DNA from: Mycoplasma mycoides subsp. capri
GTDB lineage: Bacteria > Bacillota_I > Bacilli_A > Mycoplasmatales > Mycoplasmataceae
Reading direction: 5' to 3'
Assembly: GCF_018389705.1 (NCBI RefSeq)
Contig: NZ_CP065581.1
Location: 630,001 to 662,000, forward strand
Length of the DNA: 32,000 bases
Shown here: one piece after another, positions 12,206 through 21,907 of the stretch
How the letters are laid out: each line of letters starts with the position of its first letter
Position numbering within the stretch: position 1 is the first letter of the stretch
Notes under the pieces: model-generated
Seen by the model: only the letters and a program-made list of their open reading frames with translations
What the model was told of the DNA's origin: nothing
Databases searched by the model: none
Program-made: the position numbers and the translations under genes

Positions 12206-14035
12206 TTATTTAACTAGTTTTTCTAAGAACAATAATTCACGTAGTTTATTTTGTTCTTCTTTAATTTCTTGTTTAAGTCTGTTTAATTCTAAAACACTTT
12301 CTTTTTCTTTTAATTTGTTATCAAAACTTTCTAGTTTTTGATCAAGCATTTTTTCAAAGTGCAATTCTTTTTTAAATTGTTCTAAATCTTGATGATAAGC
12401 TGAAATTTCAGATTTTAATTGATTTAATTCATAGTTATTTACTAAATCAGATTGATTAGAATAATTATGATTAATTTGAGTTTTTAAAATGTTAATTTGA
12501 TTTTTTAAATCTAAATATTGATCAGTTAAATCAGAATCACTTAAATGAGTTTTTGATTTATTATTACAAGGATCATTCATATTTTTTGATTGTATAAAAA
12601 GTGTTTGTTCGATTTTATTAACTTGATTTTTAATAAAATCCTTTAATTCTAAAATTTCTTTTAAGTTTTTTTCAGAGTTATTAAATGTGTTATTTTGTTG
12701 ATTTAATAGATCAACTTTTTTTAAAAAATCTGTTTTGATTTGTAAAATATCATTAATTTGAGCTTTTAAATCATCTAAAAGTATTTGATAAGTATCTAAA
12801 TCATTTTGATTAACTTGTTGTTTTAAGTTTTTGATTTCATCAAATATATGTAAAAATGTTTTTTCTAAATTATTATTAAGTAGATTATTATTATTATTAT
12901 TATTATTATTATTTAATATCTCAACTTCATAATTAGTTGAAGCTGAATCACGCAAGTTAGTTATATTAGAAATATTATTTATAGTTTTATTTAAACTTAA
13001 TGTATTGTTATAATCTAAATTCTCATTTAAAGAATCTAGTGAGTTTTTTTGATATTTAACATTTATAGTGTTTTTATCTTCTAAAGCTTTTTTTATCATA
13101 TCAATATCAATTGATAGACTTTCAATACTTTTTATAAAAAAGTCATGTTTTTTTAAAAGATCTAAAACATCACTAAAAGTTTGAAATTCTTTTAAACCAA
13201 CTACTAAAGAATTCTGATCATAATTGATATTAAAAGTTAAAATATCGTTTTTGTTTAAAATTTGTTCTACATGTTGTAGTGAAATATTATTTTTAAATGT
13301 AATCTTTGTTTTTTTATACAAATTTAATTCTTGTTTAGTACCACAAAATAGTAATTTACCTTTTTCTAAAATTATAAAATTATCAATAATGTCATAAACT
13401 TCATCAATATTATGAACTGTTAGAATAATAGTATTAAAGTTTTTCTTAAATTCATTTAAGATCGTATAAATTTCTTTTCTTCAATAAGAATCTAAATTTG
13501 CTCCAGGTTCATCACATACTAAAATTTTAGGTTCTTTTATAAAACATAAAATTAAATTAATGCGATTTTTCATTCCCCAAGAAAAACTTTTTAAAGGTTT
13601 ATCTTTTGATTCTCATAAATCAAATCTTTTTAGTCAATATTCTAGTTTGTCTTTAACTAGCTTATCTTCTAAACCCATAACATAGCACATATTGTATAAA
13701 AAATCATAAGCTGAGATTGAGTACAAAGAAAAGTCCATTTGTGAATAAAACCCAATATCAGAATTGTTTTGAATTGAGTTATTCTTTTTTCTTTCGTTTT
13801 TATTAATAAAAATGTTTCCTTGATAATTAATACTAGTTCCTAATAAAGAATTGATAAACACACTTTTTCCTGAACCACTAGTTCCTAGTAAAGCAGTGAT
13901 TTTTCCTTTTTCAACATTAAAAGAAAAAGGCCCAATTTCTATATCTTTAAACTTTTTATAAAAATTATCAACTACAATTGAGTATTTCTCATTTAATACA
14001 TCAGAATGTAGATTCTTAGAAACATTTTTCATCAT
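12206..14035 (-). CDS. ABC transporter ATP-binding protein fused to a long coiled-coil C-terminal extension
   Basis: Walker A GTSGSGKS, signature-like SWGMKNRINL and Walker B ILVCDEP from hand translation across TGAs. Track pieces 13634-14035 and 12206-13321 share a frame; real TAA at 12206. Confidence 0.75.
12884..12913 (-). repeat. (ATT)n / (AAT)n trinucleotide repeat encoding a poly-Asn run
   Basis: About ten consecutive ATT units on +, in frame inside the ABC ATPase extension (ILNNNN...LL). Confidence 0.85.
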
Positions 14036-14138
14036 AAATTCCTTTGTACTATATATGCAGATTTGAAACTCAACTAAACTACTTTTTTAGTTTTTTTAAT
14101 ATAGTTTTGGTTGATCCAAATCTTACTTTTATTTTTAC

Positions 14139-14189
14139 AAAAAAAAAAAAAAAAAAACAAGCCTAAAAAATATACTTTAAAGGCGTTGT
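14139..14189 (-). terminator. Hairpin followed by a 19-nt U tract (minus strand)
   Basis: Minus strand reads ACAACGCCT-(16 nt)-AGGCTTGT then T19 (A19 at 14139-14157 on +); 8 bp with one bulge. Confidence 0.5.
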
Positions 14190-14398
14190 AATGTTGATAA
14201 GTATAATAAAAAGCCTAGAACATAGGCTTTTTTGCAATTAGCTTTAAATTGAAAATTTTTATTTTTTTTTATAAAAAAAATTAAAATAATCATATTTTTA
14301 AGAAATTCTTTTAAATAAATCAAAAAAGTTAATTGATAAAAGATAATAATTTTTTAACTTTATTTTAAGTTAGTTACAAAACATATAGTTTTCTTATT

Positions 14399-14423
14399 AA
14401 AAAAGGCATACTTAAGTATGCCT
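14399..14423 (-). terminator. Rho-independent terminator of the 14433-15149 lipoprotein gene
   Basis: Perfect 20-nt palindrome AGGCATACTTAAGTATGCCT about 10 nt after the stop, followed by U6 on the minus strand. Confidence 0.75.
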
Positions 14424-14432
14424 AAAATTACA

Positions 14433-15149
14433 TTACATTTGTTTCTTTTTCTTTTTTACACTTCTATAAATTATAAATCCAGAAGAAGCTAATAAAGCAA
14501 CTGACAGTAGAGAAAGACCAACATAAACTCCTACTTTAGATTCAATTTGAAGTTCAGCTTCATCTGTGTAAGTTTGATTATTTGTTTTAGCCTTTACAAG
14601 AACTTTTTTATCTATTCTTTCAATTTTTAATTCCTTAACATCTAAATTTGATTTAGGATTAGCTTTAGCAACTGCTGCTAAAATTGTGTCATCTTTATTA
14701 TCTGGTAAACTCTTTAATTTAGTTACTTTAACTAGTGTTTTTAAGTTATTATTTACATCAAATATTACAGTAACTGTTTTAGTTCCGTTTCCATTAGTTT
14801 TATTTTTTATTTCAATAACAGCACTATCACTAGAATTGCCATTACTTGTTGTAGTACTTGATCCAGAAGAAGTAGTGCCTCCATTAGATTTAACAGTAAC
14901 TTCTATTTTATCTTTTATTTTAGGATCACCTAGTCCATTTTGTTTAATAAAAGCATTCTTAATTATTTCTTTGTCATTTTTGCTAACAAATCCTAGATCT
15001 CTTACCTTAACTAATTTGTTTAAGTCAATCTTTTCTTCTTGAGTAGTTGTAGCATCATTCATTTTAGTTTTATCACCACATGCAATAACAAAAGCTCCAC
15101 TTGTAGCTACTAAACCAACTGAACCTAATATTGTTAATAACTTCTTCAT
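14433..15149 (-). CDS. Surface lipoprotein with an additional C-terminal transmembrane anchor
   Basis: MKKLLTILGSVGLVATSGAFVIAC lipobox, a Ser/Thr/Gly/Asn-rich middle, and a C-terminal VGVYVGLSLLSVALLASSGFIIY followed by RSVKKKKKQM. Confidence 0.8.
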   Translation of the reverse strand: MKKLLTILGSVGLVATSGAFVIACGDKTKMNDATTTQEEKIDLNKLVKVRDLGFVSKNDKEIIKNAFIKQNGLGDPKIKDKIEVTVKSNGGTTSSGSSTTTSNGNSSDSAVIEIKNKTNGNGTKTVTVIFDVNNNLKTLVKVTKLKSLPDNKDDTILAAVAKANPKSNLDVKELKIERIDKKVLVKAKTNNQTYTDEAELQIESKVGVYVGLSLLSVALLASSGFIIYRSVKKKKKQM

Positions 15150-15319
15150 TTATATCCTTTCATAGGCTAATAGAATATTAATATCATCAAAATTTATTAT
15201 ATACCATCTACTAAAAACAACTATAAAATATAATTAAATTCAATAGGTTTTCATAAAATAAAATCAGTATTTTTAAATAGAATAATTTTAGATAAAAAAC
15301 ATTTTTTATAATATGAATT

Positions 15320-17128
15320 TTAGTTTAAAAATTCTATAATTTTTTGCTTTGCTTCGTTTTGATCTAAAAGGTTTTCTAAAACAATTTTTTGTTTAAAATC
15401 AATACTATTTTGCAAATCTATTCCACAAACTACAGCTAGAATAGATTCATCATTTGGATCAAAAGAATTTAAATTAGTATGTGTTATTTGAATTGGTAGA
15501 TCTAATTGTTTAACTACATTTTTTAAATTCATTTCAATTAATAATGATGATCCTAAACCCTGACCACAAACAGCAACTATTTTGTATTGCTTTTTAAGAT
15601 CATATTTATTAGTTATTATCTTATTATCATTTATAATTTCAACTTGTTCTTTAGTAGTTTTAATATTTTTAAATATAGTTTTTTTAGTTAAAAAACTATA
15701 TATTGGTAGAATAGTTCAACTAATAATACTAATTAGTAGTAAAACTCAAATACCAGCTTTACTTCCAATTAATTTTAATAAAATTCCAATTGGTAATCCT
15801 AATAAAAAGTCGCCATCACCTCAAGCTATGTGTTGTTTAGAACTAGCTATGCTTGGTATCATTTCTAAACCAATAAATAAAAATGGTACAAATGAAATAA
15901 TTAACCCATTAATAAATGAACCAATAATAGCTCCTTTAATACCACCTGTTGAATTTCCAAACACTCCACAAGTAGCTCCAACAAAAAAGTGTGGAACTAT
16001 ACTTGGAATAATAATTATTCAAAGATTAACATTAATGTTTTTTAAACTAACAATTAAAATAGTAATACTCATAGCTATAATTCCACCAATAAATGATGAA
16101 ATAAACCCAATTAAAACTGCATTTGGTGCATAAGGAAATACAATGGGACAATCTAGTGCTGGTTTTGCATTAGGAACTATTTTTTGTGATATTCCTTGAA
16201 ATGATGGAACAATTTCAGCAATAAACATTCTTACTCCAATTAAAACAATTTCAACTCCTGCTGCAAATGTTAAAGCTTGTAATAAACCTTGTACAAAAAC
16301 ATCTTTTTGATTTTCAATAATTTTATGTACTACCATTTGCTCATATCCATGAACTATAAAAGTAGTAAAATAAATTATTAAATAAAGTAATAACATAGTT
16401 AACCCAATAGCTACATTAGTATTTCTTAAAAATGCTAATCCTTTAGGAAAATTAACATCTTCAGTATAACGTATTTTCTTTTTACTAATTTTTGCTATTA
16501 ATGATCCAATAAGTGCTGATAAAAAATAACCTAATGATCCAGTATGGCCTAGTGCTAAATTATTATTATTTGTAATTTTAACAACATGTTTATTTAATAG
16601 TGCTGGAGTTAAAACCATATAAATTGAAACTAATAAAGCTCCAGAAATTACTACAGTTGTTAGGTTTTTAACTTCATCTAAATTTAAACCAGCAACATGC
16701 ATAACACTTGCAAACATTGTTGAAAAATAAAATAAAACATGACCTGTTAAATAAATATATTTAAATTTACTAATTCTAGCTAAAACTATATTTAAAACCA
16801 TAGCACAAATCATAATTAATGATCCAGCTAAAACTATTTTTGAAATACTTAAAAATAAACCTGGTAAAACATCATTACTAGCAATAGCTCCAGATCTTTG
16901 AAATAACAAGTTAAAAGCAAAACCAAGTTTTTGAATAGATCCAGCAATAATACCAGCTCCAGCTCCAATAATTAAAAAACCAATAGCTGTTTTAATTGTT
17001 GAAGTTAAACATTCACTAAACTTCTTTTTTTGTAATAAACTACCTATAAAAGCAAATAAAGCTACTAATATAGCTGGTGTTGAAATAAATTCTGTAAAGA
17101 AATTTAAAACATATTTTCCAAACTCCAT
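15320..17128 (-). CDS. PTS ascorbate-family (UlaA/SgaT-type) EIIC fused to EIIB
   Basis: Track ORF 16019-17128 is a polytopic UlaA-like permease. The same frame continues across TGAs to [15 protein letters not shown] (IIB active-site Cys motif) and track ORF 15320-15532; TAA at 15320. Confidence 0.8.
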
Positions 17129-17139
17129 ATTAAGCCTTT

Positions 17140-17589
17140 CTATTTATCATATTTTTGTAAAACTAGTAGTATATCTTGTGTGTTTTTAACCTTTTCTAAT
17201 TCATTTAAAAATTCTTTATTGCTAAATAAATTTGCAAATTTTTCCAATAAATCAATATGAGAATAATTATCTTTTGCAAATAATGACAAGCAGTATTTAA
17301 CATGATATTTTGTATCATCTTTAAAAACTACAGGTTCTTTAAAAACAGATAAACTAATAGCATTATTTTTATTTTTTCATTCATCTTTTGGTGTTAAATG
17401 AAGTAAAGCTATTTGTGGAGCAATAATATAGTATGGTCCTAGTTTATTTGTTAATTCTATTAATTCTTTTGAAAAATCATCATCAATATAATGATTATTT
17501 ATTAATAATTGATTAGCTATTTGTATAGCTTGTTGTCAAGAAGTAATCTTTGTATCTATATAAGTTACAAGTTTTTCTTTAAATAGCAT
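17140..17589 (-). CDS. PTS EIIA component (ascorbate/mannitol-type)
   Basis: Hand translation MLFKEKLVTYIDTKITSWQQAIQIANQLLINNHYIDDDF...IAPQIALLHLTP...; 149 aa; directly upstream of the IICB gene; TAG at 17140. Confidence 0.7.
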
Positions 17590-17724
17590 AATACCTTTCT
17601 ATTTTAATAACACACTTAAATTTTATAATTTGTATTAGTGAATAAAAAACTAAAAAATGAAAGGGTAATATAATATTAATTAAAATATAAAGCTTGGATT
17701 TTTTATATAGATGTCATTGAATAA

Positions 17725-17754
17725 ATAAAAAAGAAGAATTTTATAATTCTTCTT
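17725..17754 (-). terminator. Rho-independent terminator of lipoprotein L1
   Basis: AAGAAGAATT-ttat-AATTCTTCTT, a perfect 10-bp stem with a U-run on the minus strand. Confidence 0.75.
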
Positions 17755-17762
17755 TAGTTGAT

Positions 17763-18218
17763 TTATTGTACTGTGTTGTATTCTTCCATATCTAAATCAT
17801 CGATATTTCATGAAGAAGTATTAGATGAAACAGAGCTGTTTGTTTCTCTACTTCTTGAACTTGTTGTATTTCCTTGAGTTGAACTATCAGATTCTGAGTG
17901 CTCAGTAACAGTTTCTGATTCTTTTGGCATTTCAGAATTACCTTCATTTGGTTCACGTTGTTCAGTTACTTTTGAATCTCCTAAACCATTATTCAGATCA
18001 TTTGATCCTTCAGTTTTTTCTTCTTTTAATTTTTCATTTTTTATTTCTGTTCCCTTAGAACCGTCATTCATATCATCATTTTCATTAGAATTATCTGAAT
18101 GAGAATTGTTATTTGAAGTAGCAGTTGGCACCTTATCAGTACATGCAATTGCAACTGATGCTGTTGAAGCTACTATACTAATTGAACCTAATAAAGTTAA
18201 TAACTTTATCACTAACAT
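17763..18218 (-). CDS. Small acidic Ser/Asn/Glu-rich surface lipoprotein (L1)
   Basis: Strong RBS (ttAGGAGGtaATG), signal peptide MLVIKLLTLLGSISIVASTASVAIAC. Extended past a TGA at 17808 to the TAA at 17763; 151 aa. Confidence 0.8.
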
Positions 18219-18272
18219 TACCTCCTAAATAACTAATTTAATTAGCAATATCTGATTTATAAACATAACAAC

Positions 18273-18308
18273 ATTATATATGTATATATAAAATATATCT
18301 AAGGTCAA
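18273..18308 (-). promoter_or_regulatory. L1 promoter-like region: TTGACC, 24-nt TA-rich spacer, TATAAT
   Basis: Minus strand reads TTGACC (18303-18308) ttagatatattttatatatacata TATAAT (18273-18278). The spacer is 6 nt longer than in the paralog. Confidence 0.4.
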
Positions 18309-18605
18309 TATTATTTTTTAATAATTTAAATATGTTAAAGATATATGAATAATTTTTAGTTTATTTTTATCACTAAGACTTAGGTTTTAAAAATTTTTTT
18401 TTCTAAAACTATATAAATAAAAAAACTTATTAATTATATAGACTGATAATTATCTACATAACTAACAAGATTTTACGAATTAAAAATTAAAAATATTCTT
18501 CAAAAATAGATTTTAGTCTAAATTTATTATACTAGAACTTCATCTTAATAATTTATTAGATTTTTACTAGCTAGTAATTCTATATTTTTAAAGAATTTAT
18601 ATATT

Positions 18606-19184
18606 TTAGTTTCAAATATAACTAGAAGCTAAGCCAATTGAAGCACCCGATGGGTCTCCTGCTCCTGGAATTCTATCTTTTTTTGGTGTTTTTTGTTCTT
18701 TTGGAGCAGGAACTTTTTCTCCTTTAGTTGGGTTTAGTTCTTTTCATTTTTTTTCAATTTCTGTAAATTTTTTATTTACTAATGTAAGTGCTTGTTCTGC
18801 TTTATCAATTTTGTTTGCTATTGTTGAGGGAAGATTGCCTTTATTTTCATATGGTTTTCCTTCTTTTAGAGCATCTTGATATTTTTGGTTAGCATCTCTT
18901 AATTCTTTTTTGGCGTCCTTATAAGCTTTTTCAACTTCTTCTAATTCTTTTTTCATTTCTTCTTCTGAATTTTTACCTACACTAGGTGAACCTGCAGATT
19001 TTTCAGTAGATGAATCTTGTCTAGCTTCATCAGATTGTTCTGATTTTTGAGATAAAGTTCCACTATCAGCAGTTTTTTTTACAACTACACCCAAAGTTTT
19101 TCCCTCACAAGCAATAGCAACTGCTGCAGTTGAACCAATAACAGCTACTGATCCTAATAATGTTAATAATTTTTTTATTAATAT
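18606..19184 (-). CDS. Lys/Glu-rich surface lipoprotein (L2), paralog of L1, apparent non-ATG (ATA) start
   Basis: In-frame ILIKKLLTLLGSVAVIGSTAAVAIAC aligns with the L1 signal peptide. ATA sits where L1 has ATG, there is no ATG upstream before a TAA at 19200, and no GGAGG. Extended downstream across TGAs to the TAA at 18606. Confidence 0.6.
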
Positions 19185-19248
19185 GTATTTTGATAATAAT
19201 TAAATTTGCTAGACATCTGATTTAAAAGATATTACATAGCAATATAGT

Positions 19249-19278
19249 ATTATATATATTAGATATATATTATGTCAA
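19249..19278 (-). promoter_or_regulatory. Near-consensus sigma-70-type promoter of L2 with a TA-rich spacer
   Basis: Minus strand reads TTGACA (19273-19278), an 18-nt spacer taatatatatctaatata, then TATAAT (19249-19254). Confidence 0.55.
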
Positions 19279-19399
19279 TATCTTATTTTAAAAATAAAAT
19301 GTGATATAATACGGATTTTTAAGAGTTATAGTTTTGGTCTGTTTTTTTTTTTTTTTAATTTTTAGTGGGATTGTTTCTTATTTGTGAGGATGAGCAAAT

Positions 19400-19424
19400 A
19401 AAAAAAATAGATCCTAAGGATCTA
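19400..19424 (-). terminator. Terminator-like palindrome
   Basis: A8-TAGATCCT-a-AGGATCTA-A6 (a U-run follows on the minus strand). Confidence 0.5.
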
Positions 19425-19628
19425 AAAAATTTAATAATTATTAAATTTATGACATTTTTAATTAACCTTAACTCTATTATTTACACTAACTTCACTATTT
19501 TTACTTTAATCTATAAATTTATCTAATGAATTACTTTAAAGTTATTAATTCTAATGATATTAATAAATTTTTATAAATAAAAAATCTTATTATTTACATA
19601 CAAATACTTTATGTATAAATAATAAGAT

Positions 19629-20456
19629 TTAAACTATTGTAAAAGGACCAGTTCATTTATAATGATTAGTTCAAAAGTTATTTATTTTAAAAACTGGTAT
19701 ATAAGTTCATTTAATATTTAATGCATAAATTCTAGCTGCTTTAAAATCATATTCATACATTTCTAAACTTGAAGACACTAACTTACTAACTTCATCATTA
19801 TAATATAGTTCAATTTTATTTTTAATAATAATAGAAATATAGTAATTAATAAATAAACAAATAATTAATGAAAAACTTAAATAATTAAATATCATATACT
19901 TTCATAATTTGTATAAAAAATTAATATTCATATTATTTTGATTATTAGTTAAATTACTAATTTGAAAATTATCTGTAATCACATTATAAACAAATAAAAA
20001 CAAATTAATTAACATAGATAAACTTAATAAAATAATTAGTAAAGTAGGAATAGTTAAAAGAGTTAGTCTATAAGCTTTTAATAAACTGTCTTTTTTTATT
20101 TGCTTTGCTGAAATTCATAACCTTGAAATTAAATAATCTAATTCATAACCAACTGATTCAAATATACGTTTACTAATTATAATTTGTTTTTTATTTTTAT
20201 TAATATTTTTAAAAACTTTAATCATATTATCAGTATCAGTATAAATAATTTGATAATCAGTTAAATTAAACATGATTTGAAATTGTCTAATTGCTTTATT
20301 AATATCTGTTGAATTAATTACTAAATTACTAGAATTAATAAAAGGTACTTGGTGATTTAAATAACTTCTAGTAGTTATTAAATAAATTAATAATATTAAA
20401 AATATCATTAATAAATTCACTATTAATAAAACAAAATTAACTAAACTAAAGTTCAT
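19629..20456 (-). CDS. Hypothetical membrane protein
   Basis: Track ORFs 20115-20456 and 19707-19895 are in frame and joined across TGAs; at least 3 hydrophobic spans; TAA at 19629. A long hairpin (19582-19630) overlaps the stop. Confidence 0.6.
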
Positions 20457-20555
20457 ACAATCACCTAACTTAATTTAAATATTTTTAAACTTATTAATAT
20501 TTTATTAGTATTATTAAATAATTAGCTAATATTTGTAAATAAAAAAGTTGTATTT

Positions 20556-21269
20556 CTACAACTCGGCATTGTGATAAACGTTTTGTACGTCTTCTAGTTC
20601 ATCTAATTTATCTAATAAAGTTTGTAATTGTAATTTAGCTTGCTCATCTTTAATTTCTATTCTTTTATCAATTGGAATAGCTCTAATTTCTGAAATTAAA
20701 TATTCATCAATATTTAATTTATCTAATGAGTGTTTTACACTATTATAAGCTTTAAAAGGAGCATAAATAATAATAGTGTCATCTTCACAAATTAAATCAT
20801 TAATTTCAACTTCATCACTCATTAAAGCTTCTAAAACTTCATCTTCTTTTTTATTTTTAAAAGCAAACATTGCTACATCTTCAAATAAAAAGCTTACTTT
20901 TCCATCAGGATTACCTTTATTTTTATTAAAAACTTCTCTAATCATAGCAGCTGCTCTATTAACATTACTTGTTAAAGTATCAACTAAAATTGCTACATTA
21001 GATGGACCTATTCCTTCATATCTATTTGAAACATAATTTTCAGCATCACCACCAGCAGCTCTTTTAATTGCTCTTTCAATTACATCTCTTGGGATTTGAT
21101 TAGCTTTAGCTTTATCAATTACAGATCTTAAAGCTAAATTTGAATTTGGATCAATTCCACCTTGTTTTGCAGCCATATAAATTTCTTTTGCTGCTCTTCC
21201 GTTTGCTGCAGATTTTTTAGCAGCAGTCTTAGCCATTGAAGCGGCTCTTACTTCATGTGCTCTTCCCAT
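20556..21269 (-). CDS. YebC/PmpR-family transcriptional regulator
   Basis: 237 aa; ...AAKQGG.DP..N..LR..IDKAKA.N.P.D.IERAIKRA... is typical of the family. TAG stop lies inside a terminator hairpin GTTGTA-tttc-TACAAC. Confidence 0.85.
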   Translation of the reverse strand: MGRAHEVRAASMAKTAAKKSAANGRAAKEIYMAAKQGGIDPNSNLALRSVIDKAKANQIPRDVIERAIKRAAGGDAENYVSNRYEGIGPSNVAILVDTLTSNVNRAAAMIREVFNKNKGNPDGKVSFLFEDVAMFAFKNKKEDEVLEALMSDEVEINDLICEDDTIIIYAPFKAYNSVKHSLDKLNIDEYLISEIRAIPIDKRIEIKDEQAKLQLQTLLDKLDELEDVQNVYHNAEL

Positions 21270-21280
21270 ATTAATTACCT

Positions 21281-21898
21281 CTAATTTGGATTTTTCATTG
21301 AGTTTAACTTATTCATAATTAATTCTATTTGAGTTTTGACATCTAATTCAGCATCAACTACAAAAAAAGGAAAATCATAAACATTTTGTTTGTAAAACTC
21401 TTCATAGTTTTTATTTAAAGTCTCTCAGTATTCTTCACCAATTAGTAATTCTTCACTTCTTCCTCTTTTTTTAATTCTACTAATTGCAGTTTTAGTTGAA
21501 ACTCTTAAATAAATAACAATATCAAAACTTAGTTTGTTTTCAGGAATTTTTAAGTTTTCTAAAACAACATTATTATAAAAATCAATATATGTATTATAGT
21601 CAGTTTGATCAACATTATTTAAATCATAATTAACTTTCATAAAAATAGGATCTTCTAATAAAGTTCTATCAAAAATAATGTTTTCTAAATTTTTTGCTTG
21701 TTTTAATTGTTTAGATCTAGCTGTTAACATGTAAATTTGCATTTTAAAAACAGTCTTTTTTAAATCTTTATAGTATTGTTCAAAATAAGGATTTTCTTCA
21801 ACTGGTTCTTTAAAAATCTCATATCCTAATTTTTTACTAATTTCAGCTGAAATTGTTGATTTACCAGCTCCAACAGTACCAAAAATTGCAATTTTCAT
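21281..21898 (-). CDS. Deoxynucleoside (deoxyadenosine/deoxyguanosine-type) kinase
   Basis: P-loop IFGTVGAGKST, FDRTLLED, and lid RIKKRGRSEE. Extended across the TGA at 21425 to the TAG at 21281; 205 aa. Confidence 0.8.
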
Positions 21899-21907
21899 TT
21901 TTCTCCT

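Noticed and set aside
14211-14234. The AAGCCTA-gaaca-TAGGCTT hairpin as the terminator of a plus-strand gene
   Set aside because: No plus-strand gene lies upstream. It is flanked by A and T runs on both sides and most simply serves the minus-strand lipoprotein transcript.
15582-16133. 183-aa plus-strand ORF with a hydrophobic sequence
   Set aside because: It is antisense to the PTS IIC-IIB gene. The minus frame gives recognisable UlaA-like and IIB (CGQGLGSS) sequence once TGA is read as Trp.
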